Source: Anolis carolinensis (lineage: Eukaryota). Taken from it: a stretch of DNA of 64,000 bases. Below, one piece after another: positions 45,801-56,599 of this stretch (the first letter of the stretch is position 1; the number at the start of each line of letters is the position of its first letter). The notes under the pieces were generated by a model. That model was not told where the DNA came from, did no database searches, and saw only the letters and a program-made list of their open reading frames with translations. The position numbers and the translations under genes were made by a program. Location: NCBI RefSeq assembly GCF_035594765.1, contig NC_085846.1:10093190-10157189 (forward strand), written 5' to 3'.

Positions 45801-48800
45801 CTGAGGTTCTTAGCAGTAAAATTACCAAGGAATTAGCAGCGGGGAGAATTGCTGGTCCTTTCCTAAGCCCACCCTCGGAAAATTTCAGGGTGTCCCCCTG
45901 GGGTTTGTTCCCCAAAAAGCACCAGAGGAGGACTGTCTTATCCATCACCTGTTTTACCCAAAGGGGGCTTCAGTCAATGATTCCATTCCATCTGAGCTCT
46001 GCTCCGTGAAATATGCCTCTTTTGATCATGCAATCAGATTGGCACAGGCCGAAGGCACATATGCCCTTATGGCTAAGTGTGACATCAATCAGCCTTCAGG
46101 CTGCTGCCTGTACACCCAGCAGCTTTGAACCTCCTAGGGTTCAAGTTCAACAGTCATTGGTACTATGATAAGACCATGCCCATGGGCTGCATGGTCAGCT
46201 GCGTGGCCTTCAAGACCTTCAGCACATTCCTGGAGTGGGTAGTCAGAACCTTATCATGATACAAGTCCATCACCACTACCTGGATGATTTACTTTTTGTT
46301 GGAAAGAAGGACAGTGGGGACTGTTCTCACCTGCTCATCACTTTCATGGTCATGGCTTTCATTTTCAGACTCCCTTTGGCTCAGGAAAAAACAGAGAGCC
46401 CCTCTACTTCCATTATCTACTTGGGAATCACGCTTGACTCGGTGTGGGGGGTAACATTAAAGGAACTGCAGACCCTTTTGGGGCATTTCAATTTTGCCTG
46501 CAGGGTGGCGTCCCCAGGTATGCCCTTCTGTGCCTACCTAGCTCAGGCCAGAAAGGATAACCTGCTATGCAACCTCACATTCTTGGAGTTCTTCCCCATA
46601 CTCATAGCAGTGCGCATTTGGACGAGCATCTTTAAGGACAAGAGAGTGCGCTTCTGGTGTGACAACTAGGCAGTGGTCAGGATGGTCAACAGGCAATCTT
46701 CTAAATCAACCAGGGTCATGAAACTTGTCAGGCAGTTCATGTTAATTTGCTTGGAGTCTAACATCACTTTCCCAGCACAGTATAGTCCAGGTCTCAGCAA
46801 CAAAGTAGCAGATGCACTGTCCTGTTTCCAGGAGGACAGGTTCTGGTCCCTGGTGCCAGATGTGGATATCCTGATCAGCAGCCCTCTGGAAGACCTATGG
46901 AACCTTGGAGGTTAGAGGCTTGGCAAGAAGCCATGAAAGCCATCGTTCCTCTGACCCTGAAGGCCTACTGCTCAGCCACAGCCAAGTTCACCAGATTCAG
47001 GCATGATGTTGGTTACGGTAGTAGGTGGCCTGTGTCTGAATACGAGGTGCTGCAGTTCATGATACAGCAGAGGAGGTCCAAGGTGTCTGCACATGCCATA
47101 CGGCTTCATCTGGTGGTGATTGTCTTTTTCAGCAAGGTGGCTGGCTTCAGGGATCCTTGCCTGAGATTCAGGATCAGGAAATACCTAAAGGATTGGAGCA
47201 GGCAGTCACCAAGGCAGCTGGATAATATACAGCCCCTATAGTACAACCCTCAGGTGGATCAGCATAGCGCTCTGGAGGATCTGCTCATTGCACTATGAGG
47301 TTAAGTTGTTTTTTGTGGCATTAACTACTGCCTTCTTCAGGGCCCTTAAGCTGGGGAAAGTGGTGGCCAGCTCCAAATCAGATACATCAGGGGCGGGGCA
47401 TTGCAGCTCAGGAATGTAACTATTCGGGGTAGCTCCCTGAACATTTGGATCCGTCAATCGAAAACAGAGCAGGGAGGAAAAGGGGTTTCCCTCACCATCC
47501 ACAGGTTGAGGTTGGGTCAGCTGTGCCTAGTCCGGTCTCTGGCTAGGTTTGTGCGCTCACAAAGCCCAGCACCGGGCTTACCCTCTCACCAGGTACCAGT
47601 TCATGGCTATCTTCCGCAGATTCCTTGTGGACCTGGGCCTTCTGTATGCTGGGTTTGGGGGGCATCCCTTCAGAATCGAGGCAGCCACCTCGGCAGCTGT
47701 AGGTGGAGTTCCGGCAGATGTCATTAAGTCCATGGGAAGCTGGAAGACGTCAGCCTATGCCTCCTACATTCATCTGGGCCTCCTCCTCAAAGGAAGGGGC
47801 ATTGCCAGGTACTCTCTCGTTTACCCCAACAGGGCTATTGAACCAGGCAGAAAGGTGGAGTAGTGGCAGAAGATGAAGAACTCGCATGGACACGGAGTGC
47901 GGATTGCTGGGCGGCATACACGGAAGCACACGGTGGATTTCAGACTATTTGCCCAGAACATGGAATCACACAGTGGACTTGGGGGCTGCGGGATGCCACA
48001 GTGGTACTGGACTCTCTGGGGACAGTTGGGGACTTCGTTGCTAAGGCCACTTTTAGGAATATTGGGAACAAGGAGAGTTGGTTGCAGATGAGCAGGGTTG
48101 GCAGCGGGGGATTGGGGGCTACCACTCTCCTTTTTGTGGCATGCGGCATGTGACCTGGATCTGGCTTGCCTATCCCCCCCCCCCATTGGAGGCAGGGGGA
48201 GATCCGGTGGTTCTCCAGGGGTGCAACAGTGTTGGAATCACGGTAATGTGCCAGTCAGTAACAGCAGCACTCCCTGGAGTTGTTAAGAGGTATCGAACAG
48301 CAGCGGGCTGCCCGATCCCAGATCCAGGACCCATGTAGGAATGCCAACCTTGTTTCTCTGCTATAAGCAATAAACAAGCTGTGGCCATTTGTTATCCCAA
48401 CACAGTGTGTGTCTCATTTTTTGGTTAGTTGGCGGGAGGCTGTAGATGCTCATGCCCACGCAATTTCTTTCTGTCTTCCTCCTTCTTTCCTTACTTACTA
48501 TTTTCTTTGCCTTCCTTCCTTTCCTCTTAGCCATGAGCAAAATAAGTTCCAAATGAACACCTTTAGTGTTAGCATCCTATAATAAGGTCACCTTGACAGA
48601 GACGACATTTGCTCTAGCATGCTCCTTTCCTTCCCTCAGAAGGTGGGAACATGGCAAAAGATCTTATGTGTTGTTGTCATGTATCTTCAAGTTGTTTGGG
48701 GACTTTCAAGGCTAAGAATGTTTGACTCACCAATGGTTCCCTTGTGGGCTCCATGGACCAATGAAGATTTGAACCGTGGTCTCGAAAGTTATTGCCCAAT

Positions 48801-50557
48801 TCTAAACTATCCCATATTGGCTTTCAAATGAATAAGCATATCTTGTTGCTAAAGATACATTAGATAATCAGAGATCTTGGACATGCTTAAAATTTTATAT
48901 AATGTGATTTTATTTTGTAATGGTATCTGTTTTATATGAATTGTTGTTTTGAAGATTGTTTTATATGAATGGTTGTTTTTACATTGTTTTTAGGCATTGA
49001 ATTTTTGCCTATTTACTGTAAGTTGCTTTGAGTCCCCTCGGAGAGAAAGGCGGGGTAAAAGTGATGTAAATAAATAAAATAAATAAATCTCTGTTCAAAC
49101 AAAAGCTAAGTTAGAAGAAAACATCTGTAGGATAAATCGGAAACTGTAGGATTAAGCTCAGAGAGATGGAGTAGAAGAATTCCCATACCCACAATCTTGG
49201 ACAGTAATACTTCCCCACGCATTCGTCCTCCACACCATGATCTTTGGAGCAATACTTCTTTCTCCAACAGACACAAAATCTAATCACTTCACAGCTTCAC
49301 TCACACTCAGTGAATTAGAAAATCTGCAGAAACCCCCCCCAGATCAAATCCTACCTGTGGGACCTTGTAAATGCCCAGGATGTCTGCCATATATGAGGAG
49401 GTTTCCGAATCAAACCCTCCAATCACTCCTATCACATTGTTCTGGAGGCCACACTTGTAGTTGGGAATAAATGCTTGGGATTTGCAGAGTATATCCAAAG
49501 TGACTCGGTAGGTCAGGCTTGCAGTAGAGTAGCTGTCATAGATGTGGAAACCAAGAGTGATGTTGGGCAAAATTTTGGGGTCCCGATTGATCTCATTAAT
49601 GGCAAACACCAAGGCCAGGATGTGTTGGTAGTATTTCACCAGCACTCTGTAAAGTTATATCAATATGTTAGAAGAGAATTCTGGAATAACAGTTATCACA
49701 ATATTTGTTCAACTCTCAGTAATAACAGATTCATCAAACATGAACAAAAATGACTTTAGAATTTCCTGAAGAGCCAACAATGGAAAAACTGCTATGGGTT
49801 TCTGTATGAATAGAGACTGTAGGTTTCAAAGGATTAAATCAGCATCTACTCTGTAGAATTAATGCAGTTTGGCACCACTTTACCTGCCAAGGCTCAATGC
49901 TGTAGAATCCTGGGGTTTGTAGTTTGGTGAGACACCAGCATTCTTTGTTAGAGAAGGCCCTTGTAAACCTACTGCTCCCATGATTGCGTAGCATTGAGCA
50001 ATGACAGTTATTGATGCCAAATTGCTTTAATTCCACAGTGTAGATGCACATTTGGTTTGTCTCTACGTAGACAGGTAGAGAATTGTTGAGATATTTTGCA
50101 TATTGACAATCTACATTATCAGGAGGAATTTCTTCTCAACCTTTTTACATCATCTATTGAAAAAGAAAGGAATATGTCTTGCTCAGATGAAGCAGAAGCA
50201 ATCAGTAAAATTCTCCAAATGTTGGATTTCTTTACACATTTTCCCATGATAGAATAAGTGAAGGTTGCCAACATACACGTTAAAGTTATTTCAAACAATA
50301 TTAACCCATGGGTGATGGATGAAATACAAATATGTTCCTTACCCTGGCAGGTCATATGACTCCTGAGAAGGATGCCTTCGGAATGAAATTTGAGGGTCCA
50401 TCAGATGGATATGAGATGCAATCCCACCAATGAGGACTTCATTAGGCTGGTGCCATTCATGCATAATAGGAAGGGGATCCATTGGTGTGCATTTCATAGT
50501 ATGCATTTTGCATATGGCACGAATGGCCAGGAAAACTGGCAGCACTAAAATCAACAT
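29964..50557 (-). CDS. Vomeronasal type-2 receptor V2R-3, 6 exons, 878 aa, intact ORF; intron 2 expanded to ~12 kb by TEs
   Basis: complement(join(29964..30877,31492..31618,33967..34194,36453..37313,49355..49646,50343..50557)); all GT-AG and in frame. Confidence 0.92.
31492..31618 (-). CDS. V2R-3 exon 5
   Basis: 127 nt; [14 protein letters not shown]...[11 protein letters not shown]. Confidence 0.93.
31745..32227 (+). mobile_element. Solo LTR, V2R-3 intron 4
   Basis: TGTT...GACA termini; perfect 5-bp TSD catgt; AATAAA at ~32036; empty site cagttcatgttct in V2R-2. Confidence 0.85.
33967..34194 (-). CDS. V2R-3 exon 4
   Basis: 228 nt; [17 protein letters not shown]. Confidence 0.93.
34723..35521. 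mobile_element. Mariner-derived fold-back element with a transposase N-terminal remnant
   Basis: TIR ttatc(c/t)gaaaagtaaggt; ORF 34883.. EVHAVIYYL.....[18 protein letters not shown] (mariner HTH-like); right part is an inverted copy of the left end. Confidence 0.8.
35731..36027. mobile_element. Old Tc1-like TIR element shared by intron 3 of the three paralogs
   Basis: tacactatgtaacac...gtgttacacagta inverted ends; homologs at ~4343-4920 and ~20741-21181. Confidence 0.6.
36453..37313 (-). CDS. V2R-3 exon 3
   Basis: 861 nt; ORF 36438..37250 plus upstream codons to the acceptor. Confidence 0.93.
38414..41149 (-). CDS. CR1 ORF2: APE endonuclease + reverse transcriptase (911 aa from the first ATG; frame open upstream to ~41461)
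   Basis: GITETWW, YYRPP, MGDFN, LDLIL, SDH (endonuclease); [31 protein letters not shown] (RT). Confidence 0.95.
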   Translation of the reverse strand: MGNKQDELQLLAQHHTYDVIGITETWWDDSHHWNLTIEGYNLFHINRTKGRGGGVALYVKNSYVAEEMQDCNPGNQLESIWIRIKGTGTQKDLVVGVYYRPPSQDEGLDEAFCQQLTKQAQRRDIVVMGDFNYPDICWKTNSAKSTKSNKFLTCLADNFMVQKVEEATRGSATLDLILTNVEDLINTVEVVGSLGASDHVLLQFAIQRNAETKTSQTRILDFKRADFQKMKELLSGIPWTPILKNKGVKDGWEFFKSEILKAQMQTVPTKKKNKTSAKKPEWMSKELLTELKLKSDMHKKWKRGEITKEEFKRIANSCREKVRKAKAQNELRLARDIKNNKKGFFAYVGRKRKKKEAIGPLQGVDGVMVTGDREKAELLNAFFASVFSQKESHLQPQQHGMDKGLGEIQPQIGNQVVQEHLATLNEFKSPGPDQLHPRVLKELAEVISEPLAIIFESSWRTGEVPADWRRANVVPIFKKGKKNDPNNYRPVSLTSIPGKILEKIIKEVVCKHLETNAVIANSQHGFTKNKSCQTNLISFFDRVTSWVDTGNAVDVAYLDFSKAFDKVPHDLLANKLVKCGLDKTTVRWICNWLSERTQRVLTNASSSSWKEVTSGVPQGSVLGPVLFNIFINDLDEGLEGTIIKFADDTKLGGIANTPEDRSRIQNDLDRLERWAETNKMKFNRDKCKILHFGRKNGNQRYRMGDAWLDSSVCEKDLGVLVDNKLNMSQQCDAAAKKANGILACINRGITSRSREVMLPLYSALVRPHLEYCVQFWAPQMKGDADKLESVQRRATKMIKGLENKPYEERLKELGMFSLQKRRLRGDMIAMYKYVRGSHREEGASLFSAALQTRTWNNGFKLQERRFHLNIRKNFLTVRAVRQWNSLPRAVVEAPSLEAFKQRLDGHLSGVL
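41341..42612 (-). CDS. CR1 ORF1: zinc finger/coiled coil + SGNH (GDSL) esterase, 423 aa
   Basis: CTSC...CSKC, heptad stretch [16 protein letters not shown], esterase blocks VVGDS, CLPGA, HVGTND, DGVHL. Confidence 0.92.
   Translation of the reverse strand: MQQKQNIPITCTSCGMFRFFTQKLDNYICSKCKQMTLMEQRIQQLEHRIKTLKDIQALELFLDTAQHAAVDQQPASHQHHQDHDQEPYGEINSKVDNPQAWKEVTHRRRRRTRQPPQNSSAQLHLHNRFEILTSLTYNQETHLVEDHSFLDTTQWTILDQCAGDSPDGDSASPQSHLCNHANAPSPIIDQEQQEHPWESNGLSDVSQWIVIDECTGDVEEEDNTLHLHDSLQQEHSSGDIHTVLHKRDPVNPQRKQVLVVGDSLLRGTEAIISRPDGMARETCCLPGAKIHHITQRLSRLLKPHHPPHLMLIHVGTNDTARHTFQKITNDFRALGTKLKLYNVHVIFSSLLPVVGHGSTRAGKIVQVNNWLRKWCQEEHFGFLDHGLLFQEDGLLASDGVHLTQVGKHLFAHRLTNLIRRTLN
48880..49087 (+). 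mobile_element. L2 3' tail
   Basis: ggcattgaattttt...tgagtcccctcggagagaaaggcgggg...(taaa)n; absent from the paralogous introns. Confidence 0.7.
49355..49646 (-). CDS. V2R-3 exon 2
   Basis: 292 nt; [22 protein letters not shown]...YKVPQ|gtag. Confidence 0.93.
50343..50557 (-). CDS. V2R-3 exon 1
   Basis: ATG at 50557; [16 protein letters not shown]; donor GG|gtaagg. Confidence 0.88.
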
Positions 50558-51484
50558 GAAGGCGTCTGAATGCAATGCTTCCCTCTAAAGGTGGACTTTT
50601 CTTAGTCTTCCTACGATCTGGCTGCTAGTGTCAGTCTTGCTATTAAAAGCTGAGTTCCAAGATTCTAATGTCTTCTGGCTTACCAACAGTATATTCAACT
50701 CTCCAGGTTGTTGTAACTCTGTCTGCCTCCAATATCTATCTTTCAACAGTGTACTCGAGTATTTATCATCTTTTCAGATTTTCTTTATCGCGTCCTCTGG
50801 AAAAGCCACTGTGGCCTTGATGATGACTTGATTACAATGATTTCGATAATGAGAGGCAGAGAACTACTTCTGTGATTTTTCTGTTTTTTGTCTCTTCAAC
50901 AACTTGATAACACAAACATGTTTTTAAGATTTCAACTTCTGATTAAAAGATGGCAACTGAAAATTAAGCAAGCAATGTGGAATTTAGCAAATTTTGGAAC
51001 AGAAATGGAAGTGCTAGAATAGGCATGCCATTGTCCTGAGACAAAAGAGCCTCCAATCCTAAATCCTCCTTGTTGTTGTGTGCCTACAATTTGTGTCTGA
51101 CTTATAGTGAGTCTAAGGTGACCCTATAATAGGGTTTTCTTGGCAAGGGAGCATGACAAAGTCTGGATCTACACTGCCATATAATGCAGTTTGGTACTGC
51201 ATTACAAGCTCAGTGTAGACCATCAGTTCCCAAATTAAGGCCCGCGGACCGAATCCAGACCTCCAAGGTCTTTTTCCCGGATCCCGCAGCTACTGCTACA
51301 TGCAAATACATCAATGTTTGGCATATGTGTGTGGCGGTGCATGTATGTGGCAGCAGCAAGGGCGAGTGAGTGTAAGTAGTGGCAGAGAATTTGTGGCAGT
51401 GGCATGTGTGTGTGTGGTGGGAGTGTGGCATCACAGACACGTGAGGCATGCACCTACATGCACCCGCCCAACACACACACGATG

Positions 51485-52360
51485 CATTACTTCTTATCTG
51501 CTTCTCCTCCTGGCTCAAGGCAGGTTACAACATACCGTAGCTAAAACACATAGTCATTGTAAAGATACACATATTAAAATGTATTTCCATAAAATACACA
51601 TTAAAATATAAAGAACAAAGATTGAAACACAGGACATGCATTTAAAATGAATGATTAAAACTGGCTTGGTAGGGCTGCTTGAAGATATAGGTCTTTAGAT
51701 GGGTTTCAAATTCTGACAGCTCATTAAGCTGTTGGAGCTCTTCTGGCAGGTCGTGCCACAGTCCTTAGGTGGCCGATGAAAAGGTCCTCTGGCTGACAGT
51801 TGCCAGTTGGTCTCTGGCTGGTTGGAGTAGCCACCCCCAGAGGACCTAAATGTCCAGGGAGGTTTATGTGGGAGAAGGCGATTCTGGCCTGCAGCCAAAC
51901 CATGTAGGGCTTTAAAGGTCAAATCCAACACCTTGTACTTTGCTGGAAATTAATTGGCAGCCAGTGGAATGGCTTTATATGGGTAAAATATGTTCACTCC
52001 TGGATGTTCCTGTAAACCAGTGATTCCCAAAGTGGGTTCTACCGCCCCCTGGTGGGCGCTGCAGCAATCCAGGGGAGCGGTGATGGCCAGAGGTACATAT
52101 ATCTTTCTGTTTAATTGCTATTAATTTCCAGGGCACTGAGTAATATATTTTCTGGAAAGGGGGCGGTAGGCCAAATAAGTTTGGGAACCACTGCTGTAAA
52201 CAGTCTGGGTGCTGTATTTTCCGAACTCCAACCTTGAAGTTGCCAGCTTGTGCACTACCATCTTTAGATCTTCCAAATCTAGGAAGTGGTGCAGCTGGCA
52301 TATAAGCCAAAGCTCTTAGTAAGCACTCATGACTGTCACATCTAGCTGGGCTGACATTTG
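51485..52360 (-). mobile_element. L2 LINE 3' fragment
   Basis: LDLTFKALHGL remnant; paralogous to 13395-13985. Confidence 0.75.
52018..52193. mobile_element. hAT MITE nested in the L2
   Basis: TIR CAGTG(A/G)TTCCCAAA; perfect 8-bp TSD ctgtaaac. Confidence 0.9.
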
Positions 52361-53919
52361 GCGAGTTCAGTGCAGTTAAAATGCATTATATGGATCTACA
52401 CTGATTATTTTGAATCTGCATTATTTGGCACTGTAAATCCAACCTTGCCCAAAGTCCACCCAATGGGTTTCAATTCCCAAGACATGATTCAAACCCTGGT
52501 CTCCAGAGCTGTAACACTTGAATTTCTATACCATGCTAACTCTCTCCCAAATTCTCAGCACCTATTAAATCCTAATCCCATTTTATACTGGAATTAATTG
52601 TGCTGATGGGTTTGCAGATGAAAGGTGACCAGAGGCACTATTACAGATATGAGTCCACCCTACTATGTGAAAAAGCAGGTGAAGGCTTTCCTGGAATACA
52701 GAAGATGGGTATTAGAACGGGTTTTGGGCACTGGGATTATACTGTCATTCCATGACTGCAATGGTGCCAATCTCAGTGTACAGCCACCAATCCAAAGTGA
52801 CCATGCAGGTGAACCTTGATTTCTGGATAGGAACTAAGGCTTTGCTCCTCAACCATCGAAATAACGGGTCAACACAATAGTGTGTGTTAAACTATGGGCA
52901 ACTTTTATTAACGTTACCAAACAACCTCTATATAACCTGCCAACCAATTTAAAGGGCATGAACTTGGTGTGTGGAATAAACTGAGGCAGTGGCCATCCAA
53001 GACCTACTCTTCAGCTAAGATGGGCGAGACACCTGGGTCCCCGGATGCGACAAACTTGATTCCAGAGTGATGGCTCTGGGAAATGGAACAAGAATTGAGA
53101 GGACGGCAGGGTCATGTGACCATGCTGGCCCCACCCCAATAAAGTCCTGGCCGGGATTATATTCTTACTCTCCCTTTGCTGGAAGAGAGCAAAGAACTCT
53201 CTTCCACTTAGTTTTTTTTTTTTGGAGGGGGGGGGGGGGGAAGGAAGCAAGCATCTCCACTTCTATGATTCCATAGCACTTGAACTTCCATGGCCCAATG
53301 CTTTGGAATGATAGGGATTCTAGTTTTACAAGTTCTTTAATTTTCTCTGCCAAAAGAGTGCTAGTGCCGCACCACACTCCCAATCCCTGGATTCCATAGC
53401 ATTGAGCCATAGCAGTTAAAGTCATATCAGAGTACATTCACTCTACAGCATAGATGCATCCTAAGTCTGCTTGGAGTGAACTTTTAAGGTATATACTGTA
53501 TTTGTGAATAGCCATTTAAATGCAAGTTATCTGCTATTATGGGTTAATCTGTAATATCCTAGATTTTATTTTGTATCAATAATAATGCCTGCAAAACATT
53601 GGCTTCTCTGTAATTAAATGTTAAGGAATCCAAGTACATCTACTTCCATTGGGGCTCTGTGGCAAAAGGGAAGACGAACCAGTATACACCGCCATGGCAG
53701 CAACATAGGAGGCTTCTCATAGCATTAGGATCAACAAGGGAAGTCGGGTCGCAGACACCCCCTCCCACCCGGGGTGGGGTAAGGGAGAAGCCAGGCTATG
53801 TGGGGTATGGGGTGACGGGTTCCCGACACCCCAATGGATTTACCATGAATCCCTATGTTAACGTGATAAGGTTTCTAGTCTCTAGGGTACATGATACAAT
53901 ACATCATGTTGGTGTATCA

Positions 53920-54878
53920 GTTTGTGGGATTTCAACCTGTGTTGGATCAAGTCACATTCGCACCGAAGACACAGGTTCACAGGACTCATGTGATCCTGGA
54001 CTCATTGCTGACCCTGGAACCCCAGGTGTCGGTGGTGGCCAGGAGCACCTTCGCACAGCTAAAACTTGTGTGCCAGCTGCACCTGTACCTTGAGACACCA
54101 GACTTGGCCACCCCTAAGTCACATCCCGACTGGACTACTGCAATGCTCTCTATGTGGGGCTGCCTTTGAGGATAGTTCAGAAGTTGCAATTAGTGCAGAG
54201 ATCGGTGGCTAGATTGTTAACTGCAGTGCCGTATTGTGAGAGGATGACTCCCATGTTGCGGCAGGCTATTTGTCTAATTGCATCTCCCTATGCAGACCAT
54301 CCTGTGCACTGCCATCAGCGGAGGAGGCCCTCCTCTCGGTCCCACCCCCATCACAAGCTCGGTTGGTGGGAATGAGAGAGAGGCCTTCTCCATGATCGCT
54401 GCCCGTCTCTCGAACTCCCTCTCTAAAGAAATAAAAATGGCCCCCAACTTCCTCTCCTTTAAGAAACTTTTGAAACGCACCTGTGCACTTTAGCATATGG
54501 AGAAGAGGAGGACTAGGACACTTTATCCCATTGGAACGCTGGCTAACCCACTTGTATTATATGGCTGCTATGATATATCTTAAATAAACACCAGTGTTAG
54601 CCATTTATAATGTAATTGTATTTTAATTGCTTTTAGGGTATAAGTAATAATGTTTACTTGTGTTTAATTTGTCTTATTGGATTATTTTTTTATTTTCATT
54701 TTGATGTTTAATTCTTTTGTTGTAAGTTTACTGTTGTTACTGTGCACTATCTTGTATTATTTTTGATGTGTTTGTACTCATTTGAGGCATTAAATGTTCA
54801 CCTTTTTGTTTTGTGTGTGTGTAAACTGCCCTGAGTCCCTTTGAGGAGAGAGGGTGCCCTAGAAATAAAGTTTTATTA

Positions 54879-54925
<47 letters not shown>
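53920..54925 (+). mobile_element. L2 LINE 3' portion with tail and (TTA)n
   Basis: VILDSLLTLEPQVSVVARSTFAQLKLV; GLPLRIVQKLQLVQRSVARLL; ccctgagtccc stem. Confidence 0.8.
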
Positions 54926-54926
<1 letters not shown>

Positions 54927-55143
54927 GATGTCAGTTTTCACTATAAAGACCTTTAGAAGAAGTGTAGAAAAGCATCCATCCATGTGCTGCCATGTGCTGA
55001 ATAATTTTATAAGGTATGGAGTTTGGATTTTCAAATGAAACCTATGAATTAAAATAAGGACACAGCTACATATGGCATTATAAGTCATATGAATCCAGTA
55101 TAATTTTGTCTTCAAAGAAATAGACTTGCAGCACCTGTACATT

Positions 55144-55368
55144 TATACGGCCGGGCTGTGGCGCAGGCTGTTGAGCAACCAGCTGCAACAAATCACTCTG
55201 ACCAAGAGGTCATGAGTTCGAGGCCAGCTCGGAGCCCTGTGTTTGTCTTGTCTTTATTCTATGTTAAGGCATTGAATGTTTGCCTTATATGTGTAATGTG
55301 ATCCGCCCTGAGTCCCCTTCGGGGTGAGAAGGGCGGAATATAAATACTGTAAATAAATAAATAAATAA
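55144..55368 (+). mobile_element. Young tRNA-derived SINE with L2-type 3' tail (Anolis SINE2-like)
   Basis: GGCCGGGCTGTGGCGCAGG (A box), GAGTTCGAGGCC (B box), L2-like ccgccctgagtccccttcggggtgagaagggcgg stem, (TAAA)n; flanked by a 57-bp direct repeat. Confidence 0.88.
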
Positions 55369-55697
55369 ATATGAATCCAGTATAATTTTGTCTTCAAAGA
55401 AATAGACTTGCAGCACCTGTACATTAGACATATCCATTCATGTGAATTCAAAACGGATAAAACAACAAACAAAATATTCTGCTTTAATCAGAGAATTAAG
55501 CCAAATTTCATGGAATCAAAGTATTTTTATTTTAAGAAAGGGAATTTGGAGGGTAGGAAAAATAATCTCCAAATACATCACCTTTGAATCAGGTAAAATA
55601 TAACATATTTAGGCAGATGTTTTAAAAAGTTATGCAAATCAAAATATGGTAAAGTCCATTAAAATCATAATCCATTTTTTAAGCAGATATGCTTGTT

Positions 55698-56599
55698 TTA
55701 ATTATTTTTCCTTTTTAGTTGATTCCTACTGTTCAGTTGAGGCCTCAGGACAATTATATAGCATTTAGGAGAAAAGATAAAGCCCAGTATAGCAGCACTG
55801 GAGGTCAACATAGAGAAGATCTCCACGGCCACCATGTACTTCCCTTTGGTGCTGAGATAACTTGGAGCAAATGACACCCAAACACTGCAAAACACCAACA
55901 TGCTGAAAGTGATAAATTTGGCTTCATTAAATGTATCAGGCAGCTTCCGAGCAAAAAAGGCCACAATGAAGCTGACAAAAGCCAGGAAAGCCATGTAACC
56001 AAGAATTAAGTAGAACATATTGGCCGAGCCTTCATTGCATCGCACTACTATTTCTTTGGGCAAAGCGTTCATCTCCAGACTCGGGAAAGGAGGACTGGTA
56101 CATAACCATATTGAGCAAAGGATTATCTGAATGGATGAACAAGAAAGAACGACAGAAGTTGCCAACTTTGTCCCCACCCATTTACTCAGTTTGGATCCTG
56201 GCTTAGTGATCATGAAAGCCAGAACAACTGTGGTGGTTTTGGCCAAAACTGATGAAACGGCCACAGAGAAAACGATGCCAAAAGCAGTTTGTCGTAGTTG
56301 GCAAGTCAATACATTGGGATGACCAATGAACAATAAGGAGCAGAGGAAGCAGAGGAAAAGCGAGATGAGCAGAGTATAACTTAGGTTCCGGTTGTTGGCT
56401 CTTACAATAGCAGTATTACGATGCTTAACAAAAATTCCAAAAACACAGACTGTGATCACAGAAAATGACAGAGCTAGAATGGCCAAAACAATACCCAATG
56501 GTTGATCATAAGATAAGAAGTTTAGATTTTTTGGAAGACACCCATTTCTTTCCTTGTTTGGATAATGATCTTCAGGGCACGCGAAACAGTCATTCATAT
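55698..56599 (-). CDS. V2R-4 exon 6 (7TM)
   Basis: aaaag|AT ATG; [11 protein letters not shown]...[19 protein letters not shown]. Confidence 0.95.

Larger units (their letters stand above)
37524..48460 (+). mobile_element. Decayed DIRS-superfamily (Ngaro-like) tyrosine-recombinase retrotransposon, split by CR1 insertions
   Basis: RT remnants ~45770-46450 (RIAGPF..PP...[25 protein letters not shown]); RNase H ([10 protein letters not shown]...[13 protein letters not shown]); YR remnants ~46900-47780 ([12 protein letters not shown]...[13 protein letters not shown]); frameshifts and stops; ends approximated from paralogous empty introns. Confidence 0.8.

Noticed and set aside
55149-55235. tRNA gene (also 2440-2534)
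   Set aside because: A and B boxes are present but there is no cloverleaf, and the sequence continues into SINE bodies.
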